Origin: Spizellomyces punctatus DAOM BR117
Taxonomy: Eukaryota
NCBI GenBank assembly: GCA_000182565.2
Contig: KQ257452.1
Direction: 5' to 3' (one strand)
DNA length: 64,000 bases
Part shown: positions 1 to 13,659 of the stretch, one piece after another
Position numbering within the stretch: the first letter of the stretch is position 1
How the letters are laid out: each line of letters starts with the position of its first letter
The notes under the pieces: model-generated
The model's input: only the letters and a program-made list of their open reading frames with translations
Databases searched by the model: none
Told to the model about the DNA's origin: nothing
Position numbers and translations under genes: made by a program

Positions 1-1
1 T

Positions 2-858
2 TTTGGAGTATTAACGACCACTGACAATGCCGCTGCAGTGGCATTCTCTCAAGACCCAAAAAATGTTACAACACCGGCAGATTTGGTCATGCTGGCCGTG
101 AAACCCCAGATAATGAGGGATGTCGCCCAAGGAATTGCCCACGCGGTGCAAAAGCACAAGCCTGTTGTGGTCACCATTGCGGCAGGAATAACGCTGAAGG
201 ATTTAGCAAAGTGGTTGAGCTCGGACGCGCAGGGTAACGACATATCAGGCGCTCGATCACCCGCTTTGGTGCGAGTCATGCCCAATACGCCAGCACTGGT
301 GTTGGAGGGCGCTACTGGTCTGTTTGCAAGCAGCGAGGTGACAGAGGAGCAAAAGACATTGGCATTCAATGTCTTGGGGGCAGTTTCTAAAAGTGCTTTC
401 TGGGTGGAGCGAGAGGAGCTATTGGACGTTGTCACTGGATTGTCAGGTAAGCAGCCTAATATGGAAGCGTTCTCCATTAATGACCGTAACCCTATCGCAC
501 TTTAGGATCTGGACCGGCATATTTCTTTCTAATGGTTGAATGTCTTGCAGCTGCGGCAACGGAGCTGGGTTTGCCATCTGAGGTTGCACAAGGTCTAGCA
601 AGACAGACGTGTCTTGGTGCAGGCAGAATGCTAGTGGACACTGCTGAAGACCCGGCAGAACTACGGAGAAAGGTGACTTCTCCCAACGGTACAACGCATG
701 CCGCCATTCAATCGCTAGAGGCAAGTGGAATGCGGCAAGCTTTCAAAGATGCCGTTGTCGCTGCCACTAAGCGGGGGGAGGAATTGGGAAAGATGTTCAG
801 TCAGGTAGGACCTCCATCGCCTTTTCCGGTCATCGTCGATGCTAACAAAACCTTGTAG
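2..858 (+). CDS. PRO3: Pyrroline-5-carboxylate reductase, 5'-truncated by window edge; intron 447-505
   Basis: Motifs LAVKPQ, VRVMPNTP, TGLSG|SGPAY (across intron), LRRKVTSPNGTT. Confidence 0.95.
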
Positions 859-1744
859 TAGCCAACGGTTAGCGGACCAAAATTGTAATCTGTTTGATGC
901 GTTCATAGATCCGTAACTGCTCCAAAATATATACTCTGTGCGTTTGAGTATAAACCACACAAGGAAGCCGTGTGGAAGCTGTGGGATATGATATTCACAA
1001 AATATCGCCCTTTTCTCCTACACGTTGCCGTATTTACACCATTGACCCAGCTACCATATTACGGTCTTGCACCATGACCAATCTGACTAGTACATTAAAA
1101 ATCGCTCGTTCACAATTGCCGCCGACTTGTTACAGAATGGTTCGACTTTCGGCTGTTCACATCAACGTAATGGTACACGACAATCAATCCAAACACCAGA
1201 GCGCCGAGAAAGTTCACTCCTGCCGCTAGTTGATCGTCTGTTATCATGGCCAATACAATACGTAGCCTAAAAAGGGACTGCTCAATACGGCGAAAGACAA
1301 GATGACTTGGTTCTGGTCACTGCACGCGGGCCAGATGCCTCCGTTGCTCACCTTCCACACAACAACTAGAGTATTAGGCAAAAGTAACGTATCAGACAAT
1401 GTATCTTGCAGCGTCCGGCTGGCTACAAAGGGCAGAGTCGTGACGATCAAAAAGAGGATGGAAATGCGCGAGCGGTGAGTTTGCCCGCGTCCGCCAACTT
1501 GGGAGCCAAGCATCACGTGATTTCGAGGCTTGGATGGAGGTCCCTCGTCAGCCTCCCCGTCCCAGCATCGGATGGTGAATACACAGATCTATCACCGATT
1601 GTGCCCCATGATATTACATTTGCGGGTGACATTGAGGCGACCGCAGTGTGACAGAATTTACGGTCCTACTTACCACTTTCTTACCTTCATCTTCCTCGGC
1701 GCACTGCAAAGAGAGCTTCGGTATTGACTTTTGGATACAGGGAG

Positions 1745-4700
1745 ATGGGGGACGAGGAGGAGGCTCCACGAAAGGGCGTGGGGAGCCTGGCAAAGTTTTT
1801 TGAATCCCAAATGCCCACTACTGACACATTATCGGCGGACCGAGGTCATAACAGTCATCACATACTACCAGGCTCCAATGTGGGCAGCAGACGCGTATCG
1901 ACTGTGGGGCGATTCACAACCTCTTCAGTACCAAAAAGGACATCAATCTACGAGCGCTCTGGAGTTTCGCCACCGATTGAGCGATCAATAGGGGGTTGGC
2001 CAAATGGGCCGCTACACGGCAGTTCGCCTATATTGAATGCTGGCATGGGATCTCCCGACACTGTGTTTGGGCGGTCAAACGGGTCGCATGGGGATTTGAG
2101 ACATGGAGGAGGCAGTACGGTAGTACCTCGACCACGACGTGAAAATAACGAACAAGCAGATGACTCTGCGTCAGGGAAGAAAAGAATATCGGTGTCCCGA
2201 TTGAGTCAGTTTTTTGAAAACGCCATTGATTTGCATACGCCTTATCCGCCGAGCTCTGGTGCTCCAGGAGTAATATCCCGTAATACTACATATGTTGGGA
2301 TTCCAAAGTCTGGGTCAACAGGAAACCTTCACGAGCATCATAGCCGACCACTGGGGAACAAACCTCCACCGCCGTTACGACAACAGCGTCTTGGTGCATC
2401 TGCCTCTGCCGAGCATTTGCCCAACCATGCACGACCGGGCTCTGGGGCAGATGGCTATATTAATCCCTTTCTGGCAGACGAAGAGCGATCACTGGAAACG
2501 TTGCTCTCATCAGATAATATTGAAGTACCTAAAACAGTGCCAGTTTCGCAGCGCATTGCTTCAATATCAGCGGCCATATCTGCCACCCATGGTGAGCGTC
2601 CGTCTTCTATTTACACTCCACCGCGTTCTCCACTCTCTGAATCCTCGATGACATCACGCAATACCTCACCTTCTACGCGCACGTTCAGTCCCGTACCGCC
2701 CCCTAGCTTGCCTTCTTCACCAGCATTCAAACGTGCCCGGCCACCGGTTGTGCCGAGCCCGGCGGCTTTGGGTATGAGAGATTTTTCATCGACTCCATCA
2801 CTATCTGTTGGCGCACCTATGGATGCCGCCCACAAAACACGCCCCCCATCAACAATCATCGTCATGCCTGACCCGCGAAGTACTTACCTTCCCAACCAAT
2901 CCCATCACGACACTCCCATACATGATGCCCCCGTCCCACAACCTCCCAATAGAGCCCATTCGAGTCAGGCGCTTCTTTCCGTTTCTGAAGAAGGCAGCAG
3001 AACCCCAAGTCCGCTTCCAGATGGCAGCAGAGGGGAAGCGAAACGGGACCATGTTGTCCGCGAGATAATTTCAACCGAGAAAGGGTTCTTGAAGGACATG
3101 GAGGTGCTAATGGATGTAAGTGGAGTGCCATCAATTTTTGAATATCGACAAGATTACCAAGCGTATCCTCAACTTAGGTGTATGCACTCCCGGCATCGCA
3201 CGCACAGGTGCTGTCACAACAAGACCTCAAGCATCTTTTCTCTAATTTGGACGTAGTCATAACAACGTCTAGAGCGCTACTAGAGTTGCTAGAAGCGGCA
3301 GCAGGAGCACCGGATCAATGGATTGGTGAAGCCTTCAATCAAATGGTACGTTCGTACGCTCAGTTGACGTGGGCGAACGACGCTCATACAGTGTTGCAGA
3401 TGCGGAAGATTGAGACCACATATTGCGAGTATTGCAAGCATAACGAGGCTGCCATGACGAAGCTGGCCGAATTCGCATCACCGGAATGCCCGCCGCAAAT
3501 AAAGGACTTTCTCAAGGTTCGTCACATTGGAAATCTGTTCAACTTGTTTAATATCTTTAGAGTACTGATGCCGGGTTTAGGACTGCCAAATGAAGCTTCA
3601 AGGTCGAACCGGCGCTTGGGACCTTGGGAGTTTGGTCATTAAGCCAGTTCAGCGCGTACTCAAGTATCCTTTACTTATCAAGGTACTACATAGTGGAGCA
3701 GATATGATTACTACGTTTGCACTCGGGCACAGCCTGAGAACAAAGAATCTATTTATATGAACATTTGGATCCATAGCAACTGCTGAAAGAGACACCTCCG
3801 GCGCACCCCGATTTCGAGCAGCTTTGCAAAGCCGCGGAGGACATTGAACTTGTGGCCGAGAAGATCAACGAGGTCAAGAAACGCAAAGATCTCGTTGAAA
3901 AGTACGTCGATGGGAAGGGGAACGTGAACGTAATGTGAGTATTGGGTATCTAGTCGAAACTTGAAACTATTGATAAAACTGGATAGTTGACACGCTCTTG
4001 AATCCAGACATGGAATTACGAAAAAGTGGACACGAGGCACTCAACAGGTACGCCTGTGAAGCCATATTTCAATAATTCAGCAATCCGTATTATTTAGTGA
4101 CCGCTACTTTGGCTGACATTAGCTCAAAAAAGCGACCGGGCTAGCAGAGCCCGTTACCACTGTGCGTAAATATTCGTGCCTCATCACCTAGAACTATTAC
4201 ATATTAGCTCATTGTGCTTGCATTTTAGTCGGACGCATTGTATGACGCTCTAGTTGACAAACTAGATCAACAGTTCCGCGGCGTGCAGCAATTAGGGAGT
4301 GACCTCGCACAGTGGTTAGCAAGGGTAAAACGTATGTATTTCCGTCGGTAAACTCGGTCAATTATGCTCGCCGTTAGCGATTTGCAGCTCTGACATTGTG
4401 ACTTTCTCCCTTTTCTCGCATTCTTGACTGGTAGAGTTGTTTGATCTTCAGGAGACCATCGCTACTGCGTTTGAAGATGTATATGTCATGGAACGCTCGA
4501 CTTCATCTTTGGAGGGTGGTGATGACTTTTTTCCCATTCAAGAATATCAGAAAGCGTGTGTGCGCCATACTATTGGAACATGGAGAGATGCGGTAGTGTT
4601 TTGGTGAAGGGCATTGTCATTTATTCGTGCATGGATCTGACAGTAGCATATTGTCATTCCCAGGAGAATCAAATCAAAACCGTCATTCAACCTGCCCTGG

Positions 4701-5907
4701 ATACGTTGCTGAAAAAGTTCAAAGATCCGCAAACGGTGATGCGAAAGCGGGAAAAGAAGTTGCTTGATTACGAGCGCGCGATGGCGATCAAAGCTCGAGG
4801 GGAGCAGGTAAGGGATGCTTCAATTTACATAAACGCAATCACAGTGTCGCCTCGATGGATCCTGACGCACTCTGCCAAGGTGGACAAAACACTCAACGAC
4901 TCTGCCGAAGCGTATAGCTCCTTGCATGCTCAGCTGGTGGAGGAGCTTCCACAGTTTCTAGACTTGGTCGCGAAATATATCGACGTCGTGGCTGTGTATA
5001 TTGCAGACCTGCAAGCACAGGTTCATGCGAGTATTGTCTCCGAGCTAAAGCCGATTTTGGAATTGACGGGAGGGACTAACCAAGATATTATTGGGGGTTA
5101 CCTTGGGGCCATGGAAACCGGGGGAAGGGTTGACGTCATTGCGAGAAATGTTAATCTTCTCGCAAGGTGGAGAAGTGACATATGGGGTCCCGAAGCAGCG
5201 GTACGAAAGTCACAGGACGAGAATGGATGGGACAATGTACCTCGGCCGAGAGCAAACACTATTGGTAAGTAGATTCAACTATCCTGTTCATTTTAATTGC
5301 CATGTATCCTCAACAGCCAAATTGTGTAGCGACACCAGCGTCCATCGAAAGTGAAATGCAACGAGGATTTGCTACCAACCCGCAGAGTCGAAGCTCGCCA
5401 AATGTCTTCCGAAGCGGTTCGGTAGGGAGGATGGCGGGAGAAAACGAGCCAAGCATTCTTGTTAACGCTGAAGGTACCTTTGACTTTTCATTTGCTCCAA
5501 TGTATATTCCGGTGCTTCGTGTTGACTTTGCTTCGTTACCCTCACCAGATTCTGCTCATCCCAATACATTCCTCGGCTCTTCCATCGCTCCTCTCACTCC
5601 CTCGCCTTACGTCTTCTCAAGTGGAACCTCACCATTGCCCTTGGAACCCACGTCAACAGCCGCTCTCCCTGTTCCCGATATCACTCAAGACCCAGCACCA
5701 CCACCCACTCCAGACACGTCACCAGAGTTTGATGCGGTGGCCTTGTATGATTTCGAAGCTGATCTACCAGAAGAGGTCGATCTAAAGGCCGGCGATCGAA
5801 TTGTAGTGTATGAGGCCGACGGGCGCGGGGGGGACTGGTGGTTCGGTTATGTGAATGGGAAGGAAGGCTGGTTTCCGGGGTCGTATGTATCTCGCGTGGA
5901 AAAGTAA
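1745..5907 (+). CDS. RhoGEF with DH, BAR-like and C-terminal SH3 domains (DNMBP/Tuba- or Gef1-like), multi-exon
   Basis: DH motifs VVREIISTEKGFLKDM, LFSNLD, LVIKPVQRVLKYPLL; BAR-like KREKKLLDYE...QLVEELPQF; SH3 ALYDFEA...WWFG...EGWFPGSYV. Confidence 0.85.
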
Positions 5908-6181
5908 CGTTTCCAGACAAGGTTCTCAGCTTTCGAGTCCTTGTTTCTTCATTTTTGGTGACTATTTTCCTTGTATTGACATGCTACCATAGTGTATTCA
6001 TGTAGTGTAGGCCAAAGCTTTAAGAATTTTGGGCGGCCTTTTTTGTCAAATTTCAACTATTTTTATCTATTGTCTGCCTCTCGCTCTACATACTCTAAAC
6101 AAAGAAGCACACAGCAAACTACAAAAATAACTACTTTTCTCTTTGGAGAAGATTCTAATTACAAGCTAAAACTATCTAGTA

Positions 6182-7255
6182 CTATGGGGAAGGCGGTACG
6201 GCCTCACTTGAGGGCGGTACGTTTACTCGTTGTGGGGCCACCGGAGCACCGGCGGCAGATGAGGTAGCTGTGCTCACTGCGGGTGCCGCAGCGGGTGCTG
6301 CAGCGGGTGCAGCCGTTGCAGGAGACATTGGTGTCGGAGCCGGTACGCCAGCCGGCGCCCCCATAGGTTGAGATGTATACTGCTGACCATAGTCTTGTGG
6401 GCCATAGCCTGGTTGTACATATCCATAAGGTTGCTGTCCATATCCATATTCCGGTCCGTAAGCATACGGCTGTTGCCCGCCGTATGCAGCCGGGGGAGGA
6501 GGATAAGGTTGCTGTACATATGGCTGTTGTTGCTGCCAGTACATTGCATCACTTTGCATAGTTGGAGGTCCACCCTCATAGCCACGAGTATAACCTCGCT
6601 GTTGCAAGGGGACATCATCTTCATAAAGCTCCTCCCATTTTGCCACCTTTGGCGGAGGTACGGGAGCATTCGTTGGTCTCGATCCAGCGTATTTCCTAGT
6701 CAATGTCCGTCGGATCGCTCCCATTGCACCGCCACTGGCAGCCGCACCGTCCGCATCAAGTTTCGCAGCTGCCTTTCTCGAGCTCCGCACAAAACACGTC
6801 ATGACACCGAGTGCTGCAAAGAATCCTCCGACGACACCGGCCGCAATACCAATGGTACGTCCTGTTGATGAACCGTTATCTTCGGACTTTACGGGCGCAT
6901 TTGTGGTGGTTGGTGTGCTTGTCGTTGCCGTGTCCGATGCTGTTGTTTCTATTGACCGAGACTGAGTTGACGAAGGGACTTGAGAGACAGTTGTTACAAT
7001 CGTTCTGGACACTGTCGCCGATGCGGAGGGAGGTACAGTTATCGAAGGTTGCGAGGATACCGTCGAACTAGGAACGGAACTAGGAAGGGGAGTTGGAACG
7101 GAGGAGGGAGCACTTGACGGAAGTGGTAGCGAGCCCGTAGGAAGGGGAAGAGGAAGGCTGGACGAAGGGGTCGGTTCTGGTGAAGGTCGACCTCCGCCTG
7201 CCTGCACACCCAAACTGTACCCGGCGAGCACAACGAGAAGCGAGACGATACGCAT
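6182..7255 (-). CDS. Single-pass membrane protein: signal peptide, Ser/Thr/Pro-rich ectodomain, TM helix, Gln/Pro/Tyr-rich tail
   Basis: 357 aa intronless ORF; N-terminal hydrophobic segment; TM IGIAAGVVGGFFAALGVMTCFV followed by RSSRK. Confidence 0.75.
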   Translation of the reverse strand: MRIVSLLVVLAGYSLGVQAGGGRPSPEPTPSSSLPLPLPTGSLPLPSSAPSSVPTPLPSSVPSSTVSSQPSITVPPSASATVSRTIVTTVSQVPSSTQSRSIETTASDTATTSTPTTTNAPVKSEDNGSSTGRTIGIAAGVVGGFFAALGVMTCFVRSSRKAAAKLDADGAAASGGAMGAIRRTLTRKYAGSRPTNAPVPPPKVAKWEELYEDDVPLQQRGYTRGYEGGPPTMQSDAMYWQQQQPYVQQPYPPPPAAYGGQQPYAYGPEYGYGQQPYGYVQPGYGPQDYGQQYTSQPMGAPAGVPAPTPMSPATAAPAAAPAAAPAVSTATSSAAGAPVAPQRVNVPPSSEAVPPSP

Positions 7256-7778
7256 AGCCTACAGAATGTTGCCCAACCAAAAAGTCTAGAAAATCTCTAT
7301 TGGAAAAGATGGGCAATCACCGACATGCCCAACGGGTGAAAAAAGCTACTTTTCCCTTGTGCTCCCCCTAAAAGTCCACCACTTGACAAACTCCGTGTTG
7401 AAGCGGCCGAAAGGGAAAAATTGCGATCGTTTCGCATTTATTTCGTACGAGTTTGTATTTTACAAGGTACGTTATTGGTAGTTGATCTGTGGTTGGCCTA
7501 GTGGTCAAGCGCAGAGATTGGGATCGCGCAGTAGCGAGTTCGATTCTCGCCGTGATCCATAGGACGGAGCAGGTAGTTTTTTTGATCTGACGTGGCACAT
7601 TCAGTTTGGGGACCTTTGCCTGCACGTTGCTGCAGTGTTGGACATTTCCAAACCAATCATTACCGAGTCCTGACGCAAAAAAAAGGGTCGACGGGTGCTT
7701 GAAACTGCAAAACTACCGGGGTGGTCAAAGTCGCTAGCGGACGTTTTTTTTGTCACCGTTTCTCTGCTTCTCCTCAAC

Positions 7779-10700
7779 ATGGGCGGGGACACCACTGAAA
7801 GCCTTGTTCCAAGCAGCAAGACTCCACAATGTAAGCGATAAAGGACTACTCGACTCACAGGCAGTCGTCACCATGAACTATGTAAAGCTGATGTTGACTT
7901 TTGACAGGGGTCATTGGAGTGTGTGCAATGGACACAAAGGGTACGGCTACTTGAGCAAATTGGTGGAAACTCTGGCATGGCAAAACATCTTATATTTGGT
8001 TCTGACTAATAGCACGATCAAAGCCCATGAGAAACATTCTCAATCGATTGCTTTCGAGTGGTGATTTTGAAGCAGTGGTATTTGGTGACAAGGTCATTTT
8101 GGATGAAGGTAAACTAAAAAATATTTGATGCTTTCCCATGCTGGTCCCCCCGCGCGCGCTAAGATCCAAAACTTTTAGATGTTGAAAATTGGCCAAGCTG
8201 CGATTTCTTCATTTCCTTCTTCTCCAATGGATTTCCGCTACAAAAGGCTATTGACTATGTGCAGCTCCGTCGACCCTTTTGCGTCAATGACGTTCCCATG
8301 CAACAGGTCCTGTGGGACAGACGCTTGGTCTTGCAGATCCTGGATGCTGTTAATGTACCTACGCCGCGCAGATTGATCACCCATTGTGGTGATGATCCCG
8401 TTGTTCCTCAGAATACTCTGGATCGGCTCAATAAGCTTGGAATACAAATTCCGACTGGTCCGCAGCCAGTGGTTCATGCGGAAATGGTTGATGAGGATAC
8501 GATAAGGGTTGGAGACCAGCTTATTAAAAAGCCTTTTGTGGAGAAACCAGTGTCTGGAGAAGATCATAATATCTTCATTTACTACTCTCGAGCAATGGGC
8601 GGGGGAGTTCGTAAACTCTTTAGAAAGGTAGGAGCGTTGACAAAGGCCCGGAAGCGGAAACTATGGTTCAATACATTTCTCTTCTTGTCATGGTAGGTGG
8701 GGAATAAGTCAAGCGAATTTTGCCCGGAACTTGTTGAGATCAGAACCGATGCCTCCTATATTTATGAAGAGTTTATGAATGTCGACAACGCTGAAGACGT
8801 CAAAGTTTATACTGTCGGTGACAGGTACAATCATGCGGAAACGCGAAAGTACGTATAATTATCTGCTCTCGCCTCCAATGATTGCGTGTAATGATGTTGG
8901 CGGTGGATCTTAGATCCCCGGTAGTCGATGGCATCGTTCGCCGTAACGCCGAAGGCAAGGAAATCCGTTACGTGACACCGTTGAACCCAGAGGAAGTGGA
9001 GATGGCGAAGCGCGTCACACTGGCCTTTGGTCAGACCGTATGTGGCTTCGATCTGCTGAGAACTAACGGAAAATCCTACGTGATCGACGTGAACGGGTGG
9101 TCCTTTGTAAAAGGCAACGATGATTATTACGATAAGTGCACAACCGTGCTTCGTCAACTGTTCTTGGAACATGCCGCCACAGTTCAGCCTGGCAAACTGC
9201 ACAAGGAGCCTAGCATTGAGAACCAATGGAAGTTGAAAGCGTTCCTGTCCGTATTACGGCATGCCGACCGAACTCCGAAGCAGAAGATGAAGGTACTATG
9301 ATGTAGCGTTCTGGACCGTTTGAGGAGGACGCTGATCAAGGCTTCAGTTTATCTTCCGCAGCCCACCTTTTATGGACTTGCTAGACAAAGGCGAAGGCGA
9401 GATGGTCTTCAAGAAGCCTGAGCAGCTTCAACGTGTTTCCGATGCGTGTCGTCAAGCACTAGAGGAAGGATTAGAGGACAAGAGTATTCTAGAACAGCTC
9501 CGTGAAGTGATGACAGCTAAGGCACATCTGTCAGGAACAAAAGCTCAGATAAAGCCTTTATTCAACAAGGCAAGCAGGATGGTTGACAAAGTCCAGCTCA
9601 TCGTCAAGTGGGGTGAGGGTTCAGCATCCGTGTGTGCGTCAAAACGTTGTTCATCGCTGATTACTTGCAACAGGCGGCGAGTTTACCCATGGCGGACGAC
9701 ATCAGACCAAGGATCTGGCAGAGAATTTGCGGAAAGATCTCAAGATTATCAACCGCGATCTTCTGGAAGATGTCAAAATATACAGTAGCTCCGAACAGCG
9801 CGTTACAGCCACAGCCGACATCTTTATTCGATCCTTCCTCCACCTTGCTGAAGCACCGCAGAACTCTATCGTTGTAAGCAAAGAGATGCTGGATGATTCC
9901 AATGCTGTGAAGGAGCAAACGGAGGCCGTCAAAGTCAGGCTCCAGGAGATCTTGAACCCGAATCATTCTGCAACTTTGCCTTTGAACGACCTTCCGCCGG
10001 ACGTAAATCCACCCACATATGTTCAGGATATGATTGATATCCTGAAAACATTACGGGTCACAATGAGGGAGAACTATGAAAGACTGGAAGTGGAATCTAT
10101 CCAGCGACGATGGTGTTGTGCAGAGACGCCCTGGCTATTCAAGGTTTGTAAAATGATCATGGCGAATATATACGATATCCTTTCTCATTTGACCGGGCTT
10201 AGGAACGTTGGGAGAAACTCATGAAAGACTTTTGCGACGTGGAGCGAAGCTCTTTTGAGCCTTCAAAAGTTTCGGAACTTTACGATTCGCTAAAGTATGA
10301 CCTGATACATAACCGTGATTTTTGTGAAGGTATGCTCCCTAGTTTTCTTTGAAGATTGAGTATTCTATCGCCGTACTGACTGCTGTGGTGATTGCAGCCA
10401 TCTTTGCGTCAGAAGTTCACGGCCGTGATTTACTTAAGCAGCTGTATTACAAGTCCAAAGTGATGTTTGACTTTGTTGCCCCGCGAGAGTACGGCATTGA
10501 GGTTAGTTACTGCTTGACTGGGATGCCAGAATTTGTTGATTAATAATTAAAGTTTTATTCTGCAGGATAATGAAAAGCTTGAAATTGGCGTTCTCAGTTC
10601 CGTTGTCCTACTAAGACAGCTTGTGGCGGACCTCCAAGCGGCGCGCTCTTCACCAAAGCCGAGCACCAGATTTTACTTTACAAAGGAGAGCAAGATTATT

Positions 10701-11240
10701 TCTCTTTTAAACATTGTCCTGCTGTGTGGTTTGCCTACCCGAGTTGAGAAAGTTGATGAGCTTGACTGTAAGTGTACCAGCATTGGAATATTAACATATT
10801 CCCTTGCAAACGTTTCTCACCTGCTGTCGTCGTGCAGACTTGACTCAGATTACCTTTGAACTGTATGAGCGTCATCGCGGTCTGGGGGCGGATGACCCCG
10901 ATACGAGCGAGTTCTCACTTCGTATTGGGTTCAGCCAAGGTAAAGCAGCATGGAGGTTCAAGAATGTAGGATTGTAATTGCTAATGCTTGTTACTTCGTA
11001 CCAAAGGTGCCCATAGTCCGAACCTTATTGATTTGCATCTGGATAGTCGACACTCTCTATCTGTTGCACCCAGGATGTAGGTGCAACCAATTTCAGCATC
11101 GATTCAAAGGCAAAAGATTAACGGCTTTTTTTCTTCTCTGATGCAGATGGATAAGCGATCATGTTTCTCTGGATGAAGCCCTTGGCTTCCTCACACCGCG
11201 TATCAGTGGAAGTAATAGCCCGAAAGAAGGACGACGCTAA
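7779..11240 (+). CDS. VIP1: Inositol pyrophosphate kinase/phosphatase (PPIP5K), multi-exon
   Basis: [50 protein letters not shown], phosphatase motif [10 protein letters not shown]. Confidence 0.95.
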
Positions 11241-12449
11241 ACCTTGTCCCTTCCGCATATTATTTATTTATTACACATGGTGGGCAGCTTGTGAATTGCA
11301 TGCACAGGACTGTCCCTACATAATACATACACATCTTTGGGCATGCTATCTCTGTATTGCAGACGAAACTGTTCAAACTAGGCCTCACGTAGTGTAGAGG
11401 TGACAGAAACTGGCACTAGCTACTACACCAGGGAATAAACCGGCGACAACCGGTTCGGAAATGCTAACTAACTACTACTAGGCAATTATACACGCAATAC
11501 GTAACGGTTGGTTCTAACCGGATAATTGCCCACCACCACACGCGGTCCCTACTAGGCCTTGATCTGGAACTCTTGAATGGCATTGAAGCCAGACTCTTGC
11601 ATCCAGGAGCGAATCGACTGGGCAGCGTCACAAGCCAGAGGATTTTCAGTAACAAAGGCTTGGAGACTAAAACTGCATGTCAGCGAGATGACAGAAATGA
11701 CAAGATGCAATCAGTACATACCAACCAAGCTCAACAAATGTGGCAGCATAATAGCAGTTTTGTTAGCAGATCCGATTGGTTGCCGCTGGTTCTGATCACG
11801 GTTGTTGTCGGGCGGTCGAGGTCCTCGGCAACACCACATCGGCATTCTCATGATTGATGAGAGTTGGGCAGATGCTTGTGAGTCGAGGATGGGTAAAGAG
11901 GAAAGAGGGAAGAGACAGCTAAGGCCGCCCTTTTATAGACCTTCCACATGCGCCTCACCGCAATTTAAAAAAAAAACATTACATGCATGCCACACCAATC
12001 TGAGCGATAGAGGGGGTGCTGATTATGCGATATGACAATCCGGATAATATTGGTCCTAGTGCCATTTTCAATCACCTCCACACTTTGTAAGCAAACACCA
12101 CGTGATTGATGACTCAACGATCGACGATGCCTTTCCCCAAGCTCATTGCGTTTCCTTGCTCTTGATGACTTTGCTATCGGCACCGAGGAGAAAGGGCATC
12201 TGACAGTGGTATGTGCTCGAGTGGGATAGTTTTGCTCGACATAGAAACTCCAATGTCTTGTATCATCTCCTAAGTTGTTTGCATTTCGACTAGAGATCTC
12301 GCGATTTCCGTTTACTACTGGCACTACCAAGTACCGAAAAGCTTTGAGATCCCTGATACAGCAGAAGCAGTGCGAAGAGTGACCGGAGTATCTTTAGCCA
12401 CTTGGTTGTGTCTGTCACGCCGTCAACATCCATATCGTTGACTTCAACA

Positions 12450-13551
12450 ATGGCAGAAGCCGTTCTCGCATCGTCCACTTCCGCACATCTGGAACCTTTC
12501 CTATTGCTGTCCAAAAATGCAAAGGGCGCTGCTTGCGTACAACTTATTCAAGATGCCTTATCGGCTCCCGGAGTGTATGTCTTTTCAGAGCTTCTGGAAA
12601 TGCCGACGGTGCAAGAGGTGCGATTTGGTGCATGCATGTAGACTGTGGTTATCACCGACATTTGATGACGCAGTTGCACAGTTAAGTCAAAATCCCGAGC
12701 AAGAACCTTACGTGAATCTTCTTCGTCTGTTTGCATACGGCACGTATCAGGATTATAGAGGTGTGCATTGTACATGATGCTATCACAACCCGGTCTTTGT
12801 GCTGATGCTTGGAATTATAGCAAACGCGGCATCTTTACCTCCGTTGAATGATGCGCAATTAAAGAAACTGAAGCATTTGTCCATTGTCACATTGTCTGGC
12901 GACAACCGCGTATGTTAGGCCACAACAGCGGTCCGGATGTTCACCTTCGAACTGAGTGTTCTTTTGCAGACCTTAAACTACGACCTTCTTCTCCAATATC
13001 TCGATATCCCAAACGTGCGAGAACTGGAGGATCTAATTATAGACGCAATATATCAAGACTTAATAAGAGGAAAGTTGGATCAACAGAAAAAGTGTCTCGA
13101 CGTAGAGTATGCGATGGGACGAGATCTTCGACCGGGCCAGGCGGACAGGATTTTGGTGGTCTTGGGTGCCTGGTATGTCAACCTGTTAGTTTGATGCGTG
13201 GGCGGATTACTAATAAATCTTCCAGGGCCCGGACATCAGAAACTATACTGACAAATATTGACGAGAAAATTGGACACATCACACAATGGAACGCAATGCA
13301 CGCAAGAGAACAAGAGGAATATGAGAAGCTGATTGAGCAGACAAAGAAAGAGGTGCGGGAAAAGGGTGCTGAGAAGCACAACCGACCCGCACCGCCAGAT
13401 TTCAGCGATTTTGGGGAGTATGCGGAGGAAGGAGGGCGGAAGGCCGGCAAAAGGTATTTGCTGACATTTTAGTTTGTTTATTGGACTTTGATTAACTGCA
13501 GCTACGAATAGGTCCAGTAAAGGGAGATATGGCGGACCCAGCCGGCGATGA
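12450..13551 (+). CDS. CSN7: COP9 signalosome subunit 7 (PCI domain)
   Basis: [16 protein letters not shown]...[42 protein letters not shown]...GKLDQ, GRDLRP. Confidence 0.9.
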
Positions 13552-13659
13552 TGTTCTCTCCCTTTGTTTAAACGTGGATAATAAAACGTGCTCCTGTTCT
13601 ATTCTGACTACTTGGAACCTACAGCTCAAAATTGCTAGCGTGCTCTGACTATTACGGAA

